From assembly GCA_036336835.1 (NCBI GenBank), contig JAYZFK010000034.1, positions 32,001 through 96,000 of the forward strand: a DNA stretch of 64,000 bases. The letters run 5' to 3'. How positions within the stretch are numbered: the stretch's first letter is position 1; every line of letters begins with the position of its first letter. The notes under the pieces are model-generated. The model was given only the letters and a program-made list of their open reading frames with translations, was not told the origin of the DNA and made no database searches. A program made the translations under genes and the position numbers. The stretch is from Myxococcota bacterium (GTDB taxonomy: Bacteria > Myxococcota_A > UBA9160 > UBA4427). Positions 9,748-20,665 of this stretch are shown here, in pieces.

Positions 9748-10623
9748 ATGAAGCGAGTCTTCCTGTTCATCGTCACGAACATCGCGGTGCTCGTCGTCTT
9801 GAGCATCGTCCTCCGACTGCTCGGCGTCGAATCGCTGCTTCAGGACAACGGCGTCGACCTCAACTACGAGTCGCTGCTCGTCTTCTCGGCTGTCTTCGGC
9901 TTTGGCGGTGCGTTCATCTCGCTGCTGATCTCGAAGTGGATGGCGAAGCGCGCCACCGGCGCGGTCGTCATCACCGAGCCGAGCAACGACGCCGAGCAGT
10001 GGCTGCTGAACAAGGTCAGCCAGCACGCGCAGGCCGCCGGGATCAAGATGCCGGAGGTTGCGATCTTCGACTCCCCCTCGCCCAATGCGTTTGCGACGGG
10101 CGCCCGCCGCGATGCCGCGCTCGTCGCCGTCAGCACCGGCCTGCTGCGCGGCATGCGCGCGAACGAGGTCGACGCGGTGCTGGCGCACGAGATCGGCCAC
10201 GTCGCTAACGGTGACATGATCACGCTGACCCTCGTCCAGGGTGTGGTGAACACGTTCGTGATCTTCCTGTCGCGGGTGGTCGGTCACCTCGTCGACCGGG
10301 TCGTGCTCAAGAATCAACGCGGCTACGGGATTGGCTACTTCGTCGCGGTGATCGCCTCGCAGATCCTGTTCGGCATCCTGGCGAGCTTCGTCGTGAGCTG
10401 GTTCTCCCGCCAGCGCGAGTTCCGAGCCGACGCCGAGGGCGCGCGCCTCGCAGGTCGCGACAACATGATCGCCGCGCTCGAGCGACTGAAGACTGCGGGC
10501 GACGGCACCCCGCTCCCCGACGCACTCCAGGCCTTCGGGATCTCCGGCAGCGGTGGACTGATGGCGCTGATGCGCAGCCACCCCCCGCTGGACGTGCGCA
10601 TCGATGCGCTCCGCCGAGCCTGA
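9748..10623 (+). CDS. htpX: Zinc metalloprotease HtpX
   Basis: MKRVFLF N-terminus, PNAFATG, HEIGH zinc motif, REFRAD and SHPP. Confidence 0.95.
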   Translation: MKRVFLFIVTNIAVLVVLSIVLRLLGVESLLQDNGVDLNYESLLVFSAVFGFGGAFISLLISKWMAKRATGAVVITEPSNDAEQWLLNKVSQHAQAAGIKMPEVAIFDSPSPNAFATGARRDAALVAVSTGLLRGMRANEVDAVLAHEIGHVANGDMITLTLVQGVVNTFVIFLSRVVGHLVDRVVLKNQRGYGIGYFVAVIASQILFGILASFVVSWFSRQREFRADAEGARLAGRDNMIAALERLKTAGDGTPLPDALQAFGISGSGGLMALMRSHPPLDVRIDALRRA

Positions 10624-10681
10624 GCCGAGCCTGAGCCTGACCGGGCCGGCCGGGCGGCCCGACCTCCCCGGGCTGGGTTGC

Positions 10682-10703
10682 ATTAATCGAACGATTGATT
10701 AAT
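10682..10703. promoter_or_regulatory. Probable TetR operator overlapping the promoter
   Basis: AT-rich inverted repeat ATTAATC-N8-GATTAAT ending 8 nt before the TetR start. TTGCAT (10678) and TAATTT (10700) resemble -35/-10 boxes. Confidence 0.65.
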
Positions 10704-10711
10704 TTCTACCC

Positions 10712-11398
10712 GTGGCTCCTCCCCCCTCCCAGGAAGCCGAACGGCTGGAACGCAAACGCGCCGGGCGACCCGCTCGCGAAGGCGGCGCGGAGGTCCGCGA
10801 GCGCCTGCTCAACGCTGCGACCGAGCTCACGATCGAGCGCGGCTTCGACGCCGCTGGGATCCGCGAGATCGCAGAACGTGCCGGCGTCAGCTCGGGGATG
10901 ATCGCGTACTACTTCGGCAGCCGTCGCGGGCTGTACGAGGCGATGTTCGAGCGCGCGATCGACAGTCTCAGCTCGAATCTCGCGACGGAGCTGGACGCTC
11001 TGCTGCCCGGCGCGGACCCGATCGAGACGCTGATCCGCACGCACACGACGGCGATCGCCACCGAGCCCTGGATCCCGCAGCTGATCGCTCGCGAGGTGCT
11101 CGCCAGAGAGGGCAGCCTGCGCGAGCATTTCAAGAAGCACGTCGGTACCGAGCCGCTGGGGCTGGTGCGCCGCGCCATCACCGATGCGATGAGCCGCGGC
11201 GCCCTGCGGAGCGACCTCGATCCGACATTGACCTTGTTTACGCTACTCGGTCTGACGGCGTTCCCGTATCTGATCGGGCCGGTGCTGGGCGACCAGCTCG
11301 ACATCGAGCTCGACAACACGTTCCGCGAACGCCTGGTCGAACACAACCTCGCTCTGATTGACCGAGGTCTTCGCGCCCGCGAAGAGGAACTGACATGA
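10712..11398 (+). CDS. TetR/AcrR family regulator
   Basis: HTH IREIAERAGVSSGMIAYYFGS; first gene of the efflux operon. Confidence 0.9.
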   Translation: MAPPPSQEAERLERKRAGRPAREGGAEVRERLLNAATELTIERGFDAAGIREIAERAGVSSGMIAYYFGSRRGLYEAMFERAIDSLSSNLATELDALLPGADPIETLIRTHTTAIATEPWIPQLIAREVLAREGSLREHFKKHVGTEPLGLVRRAITDAMSRGALRSDLDPTLTLFTLLGLTAFPYLIGPVLGDQLDIELDNTFRERLVEHNLALIDRGLRAREEELT

Positions 11399-12528
11399 TC
11401 ACGATCCGTGGAGCGCTGCCCTTGCCGCTGCTGGCAGCCCTGGCACTCGCCGCCCTGCCCGGCTGCGAGAATTCCGCCGCTGAGGGCGCCGTCGCCCCGG
11501 CCGAACCCGCCCCGATCACGACGCAGCAGCGCGTGCGCACGGTGGTGATCCACAGCGCCCCGCTCGACTCGATGCAGCGCGCGTCCGGGCTGGTGCGCGC
11601 GTTCCACAAGGCCACTGTGATGGCGGAGACCCAGGCGCGCGTGGTCTCGCGCCTCGTGGAACGGGGGCAGTCCGTCGCATCGGGCGACACGCTGATCGAG
11701 CTCGACGCCTCGCGGCTCGAACTCGAGCTGCGACGGGCCGAGGCCACCTTGAAGGCTCGCTGGAACGATCTCGCCCACGCGGAGCGCGAATTCGATCGCG
11801 GCGAACGCCTGGCCGAGCGCAATGCGATCAGCGCGCAACAGCGCGACGACTTGCGCCACGGACTCGACCGGGCGCGCGATGACCACGCGCTCGCCGAGGT
11901 CGCGCGCGACAGCGCAGACCGCAACCTCGCCGACACCCGCATCACCGCGCCGTTCGCCGGTCGGGTCGACGAGCTCGAGGTCGATGTCGGGGACTACGTC
12001 GCGCCCGGCACCCCGGTCGCCACACTGGTCGAACTGAGCCGCGCGCGGGTGTTCGCGGGGGTCACCGCGCAGGCTGCCGCCCGGCTCGAGCCGGGGAGCC
12101 ACGCCACGATCAGACTCGCCGCACTCGGCGGGGTCGAGGTCCCCGCGACGCTGCGCAGCGTTGCGAGCGTGGCGAGCGAGCGCGACGGCACCTACCCCGT
12201 CGAGCTGTGGATCGATGCGCCGCCGGCGGGGATCCGCGACGGCATGGTCGCCTCGGTGGAGCTCGCCTCGTCGGCGCTCGACGCCGTGCCCCTGGCTCCG
12301 CGCGCGGGCCTGCTGCGACGCGCGGGCAAGCCGGAGATTTTCGTCGTGGAGCGCGACGGCGAGCGCGAGGTCGCGCGCCTCCGGCGCCTGCGGACGCGGC
12401 GCAGCGCTGGCGAGTGGATCGAGGTGCTCGAAGGCCTCGAGGACGGAGACCGGGTCGTCGTAGATGGGCAGTTCGCCTTGCGCGATGGGGCCCCGGTGAT
12501 CCGCGACGACGCTACTGCGGCGAACTGA
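11395..12528 (+). CDS. RND efflux periplasmic adaptor subunit (lipoprotein)
   Basis: Lipobox LPGC; lipoyl half-motifs VERGQSV..GD and ITAPFAG..V; helical hairpin. Confidence 0.9.
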   Translation: MITIRGALPLPLLAALALAALPGCENSAAEGAVAPAEPAPITTQQRVRTVVIHSAPLDSMQRASGLVRAFHKATVMAETQARVVSRLVERGQSVASGDTLIELDASRLELELRRAEATLKARWNDLAHAEREFDRGERLAERNAISAQQRDDLRHGLDRARDDHALAEVARDSADRNLADTRITAPFAGRVDELEVDVGDYVAPGTPVATLVELSRARVFAGVTAQAAARLEPGSHATIRLAALGGVEVPATLRSVASVASERDGTYPVELWIDAPPAGIRDGMVASVELASSALDAVPLAPRAGLLRRAGKPEIFVVERDGEREVARLRRLRTRRSAGEWIEVLEGLEDGDRVVVDGQFALRDGAPVIRDDATAAN

Positions 12529-12537
12529 GTCTCTTCG

Positions 12538-15500
12538 GTGGAACGCCTAATTCGCTTCTTCGTCGAGCGGCACCTGCTCGTCAACATGATCACGCTCGGC
12601 GTGATCGGTCTAGGCGTAATCAGCGCGCTGCGCATCGACGTCGAGGGCATCCCGGCGATCGACTTTCCGAGCTTCATCATCACTGCGAACCTCCCCGGTG
12701 CCTCGGCGCGCGACATCGAGGCGAAGATCACGATCCCGCTCGAGGAGGCTCTCGAGGAAGTCGACGGCCTCGATCACTACACCAGCGAGATCACCAAGAA
12801 CCGCAGCGTGACCACGGTCGAACTGGACGACGACACGCCGCGAGACGACATCCTCGAGAAGGAGCGCGAGATCCGCGCGGCGATCGACGGGGTCGCCAAC
12901 TTCCCGCCCGAGATGGTCGACGATCCTCTGATCATCCGGATAGATCCCTCGAAGCAACCGGTCTTCGAATACGCCCTGGCCGGCCCGGCGGAGCTGCTCC
13001 CCGAGGTTGCCGATCGGATCGAGCGGCGCATGCGCCGCGTTCCCGAGATCGGAGACGTCGGCGTCGTCGGCCTGCCGGATCCCGAGATGCGCGTGCTCGT
13101 CGATCCCGATCTCGCGCGCGCTCATGGTGTCGCACTGCTCGACGTGGTGCAGGCACTCGAGCAGCGCAACGTGTCGGCGACCGGCGGGTCACTGGAGACG
13201 GCGAGCGCGCGGCGTCAGGTCGTGCTCTGGGGCCGCTTCGGAACGGTCGACCAGGTGGGAGATGTGATCCTGCGCTTCGACCCGCGCGAGGGGGTCGTCC
13301 GCGTGCGCGACGTCGCCCGCGTCGAGCTCGGGCGCGAGGACACCGGCTTGATCGCGAGCACCAACGGTCGCGCCGGCGTCTCGTTGATTCCCCAGAAGAA
13401 GCGCCGCGCCGATCTGATCCGATCCCACGCTGGTCTGGTCGCGGCGGTCGAGAACGAACCACTGCCCGAGGGCGTCACGGCCACGATCGTCAACGACAGC
13501 TCGTTCGACATCCGCAACCGACTCGAGATCATCGCAAACAACGGCTTGATGGGCATCGCCCTCGTCGCGCTCATTGTCTTCATCTTTCTGGCTCCGTCCG
13601 CTGCAACCTGGGTCTGCATGGGCGTTCCACTCGTCATCCTGGGCGTCATCGCACTGATGCCTTGGTTCGGCATGACTGCCAACTTCATGTCGACTACGGC
13701 CTTCGTCGTGATCCTCGGGCTACTGGTCGACGATGCCGTCGTGGTTGCGGAGAAGATCCTGCTCAAGCGCCAGGATGGCCTGTCTGCCAGCGAGGCAGCG
13801 ATCCAAGGCACGACCGAGGTGGCACGACCGGTGATCACAGCGGCGATCACCACCCTGCTCGCCTTCGCTCCGCTGATCGCGATCGGCGGCTTCCCCGGGA
13901 AGATCATCTGGCAGCTCCCGGCGGTCGTCGTCATCGCCCTGGCGCTCTCGCTGCTGGAGTCGTTCCTGATCCTGCCGCCACACATGTCGATGGTGCGCAG
14001 CGACACGAGGCCGCGTCCGAAGCGGCAATTCATCCTACGACTCGAGGCGGGCTACCGCAGCCTGCTCGAGCGCTGGCTCCCGAAGCGCGGGCGAATCATC
14101 GCGATCTTTGCAGCCGGATTCCTGGCGATCATGCTCGGCATCGCGCCGCGCATGCAGTTCCAGTTCTTCCCGCAAGAGGATTCGCGGGCCGTCTACCTGA
14201 AGGTCAAGACCCCGATCGGGACGCCGATCGAGCGCACCGAGGCGGTGCTCGACGCGATCGGGCAGCAGATCCTACGGCTGATGGGAGACGCACTCGAGGG
14301 GCTGACGGCGCGGGTCGGACACCAGGATCCGCTGGGCCTGGGCCGGGACTACGGCAGTGCGGAGAACGAAGGCCTGGTGTCGGCATACATCGACCCCACG
14401 AACAAGCAGCGTTCGGCAGCCGAGTGGATCGTGTACCTGAAGCAGCACGTGGGGATCCCCGACGACGCCGAGGTCCTCTTCGAGGCTGCGGTCGACGGTC
14501 CACCGGGGCTCGAGCCGATCAATGTGTTCGTACTCGCGAACGACGATGCGACGCGGCGCCAGGTCTCCCGCGAGGTGCACGACTACCTGTCCGGCGTGCC
14601 CGGCGTCGTCGACCTCGACATCGACGAGCGACCCGGCATGCGCGAGCTCGACCTGAACCTCGACTACGAGAAGCTCGCGCTACTCGGTCTCGACGCCAGC
14701 TCCGTGGGACGCACATTGCAGGCGGCATTCTACGGGCTGATCGCCACAGAGATCCGCGACATCGACGACACGATCGACGTGCGCGTACTGTTCGAACCCG
14801 CGGCACGCGGCTCGCTCGACGCACTGCTCGACACCTCCGTGCGCAACGACCACGGCGAGCTGGTGCGTCTGCGGGATGTGGTCCGACCGGTCGAGACCCC
14901 TTCGCTGTCGGCCATTCACCACCGCGACGGCTTGCGCGCCGCAAACGTGACGGGTGGCTTCGGACCGGACAGCCCCGTCACCGCCAGCTCGCTCGCCGCG
15001 CTGATGGAACGCGACCTGCTGCCCCGCTACGCCGGGCGATCGGATGTCGAGATCGAGCTTTCGGGCGAGGTCGTGCAGTCGCGCCGCGCGATGGGAGACC
15101 TGGGCCTCGTGTTCGCATTGTCGGTGATGGGGATCGGCGCGGTGATCGCGATCATGCTCGGTTCGTTCCTCGAGGCGTTCTTCGTGCTTGCGGTCGTACC
15201 GTTCTCGGTGGCTGCGGTGACTCTCGCGATGTTCGCGCACGGCAAGCACTTCTCATTACTCGCGGTAATCGGGGCGATCGGGCTTTCCGGCGTGGTGGTG
15301 AACTCGTCGATCGTGATGATCGACGCGGTTCACCGGGCGCAGCTGAGGGCGGGAGCCGACGAGCAGAGGCGAACGCGGGCGATGATCGATGCACTCGTCG
15401 GCCGCCTCCGCCCCATCCTGGTGACCAGTCTTTCGACGCTCTGCGGCGTCATGCCCACTGCCTACGGCTTCGGCGGCTACGACCAGATCATGTCGCCGCT

Positions 15501-15654
15501 GTCGCTCGCGATCGGCTGGGGCCTCGCCCTGTCGACCGGAGTCACGCTCTTCCTGGTGCCCGCGCTCTACGTCACTGCCAACGACTGGACCCGGCGCTTC
15601 GCGATCTGGCGCGCGCGGCGGCGAGGCGAAGCCGCGATCGAGGCCGCCGCCTGA
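12538..15654 (+). CDS. RND efflux permease (AcrB/AcrD/AcrF family)
   Basis: 1038 aa; GLLVDDAVVV, GVVVNSSIV and RLRPIL motifs. Confidence 0.95.
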   Translation: MERLIRFFVERHLLVNMITLGVIGLGVISALRIDVEGIPAIDFPSFIITANLPGASARDIEAKITIPLEEALEEVDGLDHYTSEITKNRSVTTVELDDDTPRDDILEKEREIRAAIDGVANFPPEMVDDPLIIRIDPSKQPVFEYALAGPAELLPEVADRIERRMRRVPEIGDVGVVGLPDPEMRVLVDPDLARAHGVALLDVVQALEQRNVSATGGSLETASARRQVVLWGRFGTVDQVGDVILRFDPREGVVRVRDVARVELGREDTGLIASTNGRAGVSLIPQKKRRADLIRSHAGLVAAVENEPLPEGVTATIVNDSSFDIRNRLEIIANNGLMGIALVALIVFIFLAPSAATWVCMGVPLVILGVIALMPWFGMTANFMSTTAFVVILGLLVDDAVVVAEKILLKRQDGLSASEAAIQGTTEVARPVITAAITTLLAFAPLIAIGGFPGKIIWQLPAVVVIALALSLLESFLILPPHMSMVRSDTRPRPKRQFILRLEAGYRSLLERWLPKRGRIIAIFAAGFLAIMLGIAPRMQFQFFPQEDSRAVYLKVKTPIGTPIERTEAVLDAIGQQILRLMGDALEGLTARVGHQDPLGLGRDYGSAENEGLVSAYIDPTNKQRSAAEWIVYLKQHVGIPDDAEVLFEAAVDGPPGLEPINVFVLANDDATRRQVSREVHDYLSGVPGVVDLDIDERPGMRELDLNLDYEKLALLGLDASSVGRTLQAAFYGLIATEIRDIDDTIDVRVLFEPAARGSLDALLDTSVRNDHGELVRLRDVVRPVETPSLSAIHHRDGLRAANVTGGFGPDSPVTASSLAALMERDLLPRYAGRSDVEIELSGEVVQSRRAMGDLGLVFALSVMGIGAVIAIMLGSFLEAFFVLAVVPFSVAAVTLAMFAHGKHFSLLAVIGAIGLSGVVVNSSIVMIDAVHRAQLRAGADEQRRTRAMIDALVGRLRPILVTSLSTLCGVMPTAYGFGGYDQIMSPLSLAIGWGLALSTGVTLFLVPALYVTANDWTRRFAIWRARRRGEAAIEAAA

Positions 15655-15671
15655 CGCCCGCGCCCAACCGG

Positions 15672-16448
15672 CTAGATATCGCCGAAGTCTCCGTGTCGGC
15701 CGCGGCCACTCGCAAAGCGCGCCGCGCCCTCGGCCGTCTCGCCGGACTCGATCACCTCGATGCCGCGCCGCGTCTCGGCCCGCAACGCGTCGTCGAGCCC
15801 GAGCGACCATTGCTCGTACGATGACAGTCGGTCGCTGCGCAGACAAAGCTGGGGGAACGCGGCAAGCGAACGCCCCAGATCGCAAGCCGCTTCGAGTGCC
15901 GTCCCCGACTCGACCAGCCGGTTCGCAAGCCCCATCCGAAGCGCCTCCTCGCCCGACACGCCGCGTCCGGTCAGGATCAGGTCGAGCGCATGGCTGTGGC
16001 CCAGCATGCGCGATAGCCGGATCGTCCCACCGTCCACCAGGGGCACGCCCCAGCGCCGGCAGTAGACACCGAAGACCGCGTCGCGGGCCGCCACCCGCAG
16101 GTCGCACCAGACCGCGAGCTCGAGCCCGCCGGCCACGGCGTGGCCCTCGACGGCCGCGATGACCGGCTTGGTGAGCAGCATGCGCGTCGGCCCCATCGGG
16201 CCGTCGCCGTCCTCGCCCACTCGGTTCGCGGTGCGCCCCTCGCTCAGCGCCTTCAAATCGGCCCCTGCACAGAAGCAGCCGCCCGCTCCGGACAGGACCG
16301 CGACCGCGAGATCACCGTCGTCCTCGAACTGGCGAAACGCGTCCGCCAGCTCCTCGGCCGTCGCGCGGTCGACGCAGTTGCGAACCTTGGGACGATCGAT
16401 GGTGACGAGCGCGAGCGGCCCGTCGGTCTCGAAGCGAATGTTGGCCAC
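15672..16448 (-). CDS. Crotonase/enoyl-CoA hydratase family protein
   Basis: FCAGADL and KPVIAAVEGHAVAGGLELA motifs; GTG start after GGGAGG. Confidence 0.92.
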   Translation of the reverse strand: MANIRFETDGPLALVTIDRPKVRNCVDRATAEELADAFRQFEDDGDLAVAVLSGAGGCFCAGADLKALSEGRTANRVGEDGDGPMGPTRMLLTKPVIAAVEGHAVAGGLELAVWCDLRVAARDAVFGVYCRRWGVPLVDGGTIRLSRMLGHSHALDLILTGRGVSGEEALRMGLANRLVESGTALEAACDLGRSLAAFPQLCLRSDRLSSYEQWSLGLDDALRAETRRGIEVIESGETAEGAARFASGRGRHGDFGDI

Positions 16449-16509
16449 GCTGGCCCCTCCCCGGTGTGAGGCTTTGATAATGTAGGCCTTCCCTTCCAGG
16501 AGAACTGCG

Positions 16510-18087
16510 ATGCAGGTACCCCTGCTGGTAACCGACTTCCTCCGCCGCGCCGCCGCACTGTATCCCGACAAGCTCGCCATCGTCGACGGAACGAATCGCT
16601 ACACGTACACCGACTTCGAGCGCCGCACCAACCAGCTTTCGCACGCCCTGCTGGATCTGGGTCTCGGCCGGGGCGACCGCGTCTGCATGCTGAGCCCCAA
16701 CTCGCACTTCTTCCTCGAGAGCTTCTATGCCACCAGTCAGCTCGGAATCATCCTGGTCCCGCTGAACTACCGGCTGGCGGCGAGCGAGCACGAGTACATC
16801 CTGAACCACGCGGGCGTGCGCGCCGTACTCGTCGACTGGGAGTACACCGACATGATCGACACCATCCGGCCAAAGCTCGACACGGTCGAGCATTGGGTCG
16901 TGGCCAAGGACCGCGGCGACACACCTGCCGGCTGGACCGACTGGGAGGAGTGGATCGGAGTGGCCCCCGCGACCCGGCCGGCACGCGTCGAGCTCGACGA
17001 GAACGAGCTCGTCTCGCTCAACTACACGTCCGGGACGACCGCGCGACCCAAGGGCGTGATGCTCACGCACCGCAACGCCTACATCAACGCGTACAGCATG
17101 ATCGCTCACCTCGGGGTGCGTCACGAGGACGTCGAGCTGTGGACGCTGCCGATGTTCCACTGCAACGGCTGGGGCGGCGTGTACGCGCTCACGGGGGTCG
17201 GCGGTACGCACGTGGTCCTGCGCGCCGTCGATGGCAAGGCGATCTTCGACCTGATCGAGCGGGAGCGGGTGACGTTCGCGTGCATGGCCCCCGCCGTATT
17301 GCGAACGATCCTCGACTATCCGGACCGCGAACGACACGAGATCACCACGCGCCCGCGCTTCACCGTCGCCGGCGCCCCGCCGCCTGCGGCCTTCATCGAG
17401 CGGCTGGAGGGGGAGCTCGGCTGGGAGTTCTTGCAGATCTACGGTCTGACGGAGACTGCGCCGCTGCTCACCATCTCGGCACCCGATCACCAGACCGAGG
17501 CCTCGGACTGGTCTCGGCGCTCCCGCGCTGGTGTGCCCTGCATCGGTGTCGAGATCCGCGTGGTAGACGACGCTGGCAACGACGTGCCGAAGGACGGCGC
17601 CACGATCGGCGAGGTGTGCGCGCGCAGCAACGTGGTATTCACGGGCTACTGGGAACAGCCCGAGCAGACCAACGCGGCGATCGTCGATGGCTGGTTCCAC
17701 ACGGGCGATCTCGGCGTCTGGGACGAGTTCGAGAACGTGAACATCGTCGATCGCAAGAAGGACGTGATCATCTCGGGCGGCGAGAACATCAGCTCCCCCG
17801 AGGTCGAGGACGCGCTCTACCAGCACGAGGCAGTGCTCGAGTGCGCGGTCATCGGCGTCCCGCACGAGAAGTGGGGCGAGACCCCGAAGGCCCTGGTGGT
17901 GTTGCGCGAAGGACACCGCGCCGGTGAGAGCGAGCTGATCGCATTCTGCCGTGAGCTCCTCGCGCACTTCAAGTGTCCGACGTCCGTCGAGTTCGTCGAC
18001 GAGCTGCCGCGCACCGCCACGGGCAAGCTCAAGAAATTCAAGCTGCGCGAGCAGTACTGGACTCACACCGAGCGACACGTCAACTGA
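16510..18087 (+). CDS. Long-chain acyl-CoA ligase (AMP-binding)
   Basis: YTSGTTARPKG, YGLTE, GWFHTGD and PRTATGK motifs. Confidence 0.95.
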   Translation: MQVPLLVTDFLRRAAALYPDKLAIVDGTNRYTYTDFERRTNQLSHALLDLGLGRGDRVCMLSPNSHFFLESFYATSQLGIILVPLNYRLAASEHEYILNHAGVRAVLVDWEYTDMIDTIRPKLDTVEHWVVAKDRGDTPAGWTDWEEWIGVAPATRPARVELDENELVSLNYTSGTTARPKGVMLTHRNAYINAYSMIAHLGVRHEDVELWTLPMFHCNGWGGVYALTGVGGTHVVLRAVDGKAIFDLIERERVTFACMAPAVLRTILDYPDRERHEITTRPRFTVAGAPPPAAFIERLEGELGWEFLQIYGLTETAPLLTISAPDHQTEASDWSRRSRAGVPCIGVEIRVVDDAGNDVPKDGATIGEVCARSNVVFTGYWEQPEQTNAAIVDGWFHTGDLGVWDEFENVNIVDRKKDVIISGGENISSPEVEDALYQHEAVLECAVIGVPHEKWGETPKALVVLREGHRAGESELIAFCRELLAHFKCPTSVEFVDELPRTATGKLKKFKLREQYWTHTERHVN

Positions 18088-18247
18088 CAGCCGCCGGACC
18101 ACCGGCCGGGCCAGCCCGCACTCGGCTGCAGGGCCTCTCCTCCTGGAGTGGTCGAGAGAGAGCCGCCCATTGCCGGGGGACGGTGTAGGATCGCGTTCGG
18201 CCGCACCAGAACCTGGGCGGCACCAGCTTCCGGCGATCGGAGACCTC

Positions 18248-20665
18248 GTGGACGACACCAGACCCCGGGCTGAAATCCTGGCCGAGCTCGAGGCCTTGCG
18301 CGCGGAGATCGACGCACTCGCCCGTTGGCAACACCACACTAGCGACCCCGCCAGCACACTGGGGTTCTCGGAAACCGTCGCCCGATTCCGGGAGCTGATC
18401 CGATCACTCGGCATCTGGCTGCTCGACATCGACTCGCAGGGCTGCATCGTCGGGTGCGGTACGACGTCCCGCGAGCTGATCGGCAAGCCAGCCGCCCCGC
18501 TGGTCGGCATGCCCGGCAGCGAGCTGGTCCACCCCGACGAGAAGATCGCGCTGGAGTCATTCGTCGCCGGGCACCAGACCCGAGCATCGCAGCGCTTCCG
18601 AATCCGCCATGACAACGGCGAGTGGCGCCACTTCGAGTTGCAGATGTCCTCGGGCGTCCGCGCAGACGGGAGCGGCCCCCGGCTGATCTTTGCCCGCAAT
18701 GTGACCGCTGAGCACGACGTCGTCCGTGAGCTGCGGAGCAGCCAGGACCGCTATCGAACGCTGGCCGAGAACATGACCGATCTGATCGTCGAGATCGATT
18801 CCGCGGGTCGCTTCCTGTACGTGAGCCCCAGCTGCGAGGAGTTGATCGGCTACACGCCGGAGCAGCTGCTGGGCAGCGACGTCGAATCGATCCTCAGAGA
18901 AAATCAGATCCAGACCGACGAGCGTGACCAGCTGCTCGACGGCTTCCGGAACCAGGTTCAGGCCCGTGGAGAGGGCGGACGACGCATCTATCGCGTCCGG
19001 CACACGGACGGACGCCAGCTCTGGCTCGACAGCCGCGCGCGTACCTACCGCACTGCGAACGGTGCGATTCACGCGGTCGTGATCTCGCGTGACGTCACGG
19101 AACTGGTCGCCGCACAGGGCGATCTCGCGGATCTCGAGAAACGCTATGCGATGCTGGGCGAGACGAGCCGAGACCTGATTACAGAGATTGGCCCCGAGGG
19201 CACCTTCGTCTACTTGAGTCCCAACGCGCGCGCTCTGCTGGGCTACGAGCCCGAGGAGCTGATCGGCACCCCTCCCATGGACCTGGCCCACCCCGCGGAT
19301 CGCGACCGGGTACTCAATGATTTCGCACCCGCTCCCGAAACCCCCCAGGTCGCGTTCACACCACCCTACCGCTGCCGCCTGAAGGACGGCAGCTATCGCT
19401 GGTTCGAGGGCAGCGGGACGAGCTACACGCGTCCCGACAGCGGCGAAACCTATACGATCGGCCTGCTTCGAGACGTGCACGAGCGTGTCAACAAACGCGA
19501 AGCAGAGCGGGCCCTCGAGGAGCGAGTCCAGCGCGCGCAGCGCCTCGAGGGGCTCGGTGTGATGGCCGGCGGGATCGCCCACGACTTCAACAACCTGCTC
19601 ACGCCGATTCTCGGCCAGTCGAGCCTCGCGCTGATGGATCTGCCGGAGAACACGGAACTCCACGAGCGGATCGAGAAGGTCCGCAACGCGGCGCGTCGCG
19701 CCGCGAAGCTCACCAACCAGATGCTGGCCTACGCCGGCGCTGGCCCGCTGCTGTTCGAGGCCACGGATCTCAGCGAGCTCGTGCGCGAGATGGGCCAGCT
19801 ACTCGAGAGTACGGTGTCCGGCAAGGCCGTAATCCACTTCGAGCTGGCTGACGAACTCGCGCCGATCGAAGCGGACGGCGCACAGATCAGCCAGGTGGTG
19901 ATGAACCTGATCGCGAATGCCGCCGAGGCGGTGGGGGACGGCAACGGGACGATTTCGGTTCGAACGCGGAGGCTGCCTGGCAGCGCGATCAACAAGGGCG
20001 ATCTGGTGCTCGGAGAGGCCGATCCCGCCCTCTCCTACGTCTGCTTCGAGGTCGAGGACACCGGAGTCGGCATGGATTCCGCGACGCGGTCGCGCATCTT
20101 CGATCCGTTCTTCACCACCAAGTTCACCGGCCGCGGCCTTGGACTCGCCGCGGTGCTCGGCATCGTGCGCGGTCACGATGGCGCGATCGAGCTCGACACG
20201 GAGCAAGGACGCGGCACAAGGTTCCGTGTCCTGCTGCCGCCCTATACGCTCGGCGAGCCCGCGCTGGCCGAGAGCAGCACCGCCAGTACCTGGAGCAGCT
20301 CGGGATTCATCCTGTTGGCGGACGACGACGCCGGCGTGCGCGATCTCTCCGTGGAAACGCTCGAGCGCTGTGGCTTCACTGTCCTGATTGCGCGCAACGG
20401 GCGCGAAGCACTCGAGCAGTTCGATCAGTACGGGGACCAGATCCGCGCCGTACTCCTCGACCGCACGATGCCCATCGTGAGCGGCGAGGAAACATTCGCA
20501 ACACTGCGACGGAAGCGTCCGTATCTTCCGGTCATCATCGTGAGCGGCTATTCCGAGGAGAGCGCCACACTGGCGATTGCCGAAAACCGACCCGACGGCT
20601 TCCTCAAGAAGCCGTTCCAGCCCGAGGTCCTGATCGAGACGATCCGCAAGGTGCTCGACGACTAG
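18248..20665 (+). CDS. Multi-PAS hybrid sensor histidine kinase with receiver domain
   Basis: Three PAS-like segments; H-box GIAHDFNN; FDPFFTTK..GRGLGL; C-terminal receiver (DDD, D, KP). Start inferred at GTG after GGAG. Confidence 0.9.
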   Translation: MDDTRPRAEILAELEALRAEIDALARWQHHTSDPASTLGFSETVARFRELIRSLGIWLLDIDSQGCIVGCGTTSRELIGKPAAPLVGMPGSELVHPDEKIALESFVAGHQTRASQRFRIRHDNGEWRHFELQMSSGVRADGSGPRLIFARNVTAEHDVVRELRSSQDRYRTLAENMTDLIVEIDSAGRFLYVSPSCEELIGYTPEQLLGSDVESILRENQIQTDERDQLLDGFRNQVQARGEGGRRIYRVRHTDGRQLWLDSRARTYRTANGAIHAVVISRDVTELVAAQGDLADLEKRYAMLGETSRDLITEIGPEGTFVYLSPNARALLGYEPEELIGTPPMDLAHPADRDRVLNDFAPAPETPQVAFTPPYRCRLKDGSYRWFEGSGTSYTRPDSGETYTIGLLRDVHERVNKREAERALEERVQRAQRLEGLGVMAGGIAHDFNNLLTPILGQSSLALMDLPENTELHERIEKVRNAARRAAKLTNQMLAYAGAGPLLFEATDLSELVREMGQLLESTVSGKAVIHFELADELAPIEADGAQISQVVMNLIANAAEAVGDGNGTISVRTRRLPGSAINKGDLVLGEADPALSYVCFEVEDTGVGMDSATRSRIFDPFFTTKFTGRGLGLAAVLGIVRGHDGAIELDTEQGRGTRFRVLLPPYTLGEPALAESSTASTWSSSGFILLADDDAGVRDLSVETLERCGFTVLIARNGREALEQFDQYGDQIRAVLLDRTMPIVSGEETFATLRRKRPYLPVIIVSGYSEESATLAIAENRPDGFLKKPFQPEVLIETIRKVLDD

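Noticed and set aside
10616..10640. GAGCC(T) short tandem repeat at the htpX stop
   Set aside because: It has about four imperfect 5-6 bp units with no spacers, so it is low complexity and not CRISPR or a mobile element.
12207..15824. Long alternative-frame and antisense ORFs (e.g. 1205 aa here; also 1745-3772, 16312-18699, 34724-36934)
   Set aside because: They are Arg/Ala/Pro-rich shadow frames of high-GC genes that overlap well-supported CDS and carry no motifs.
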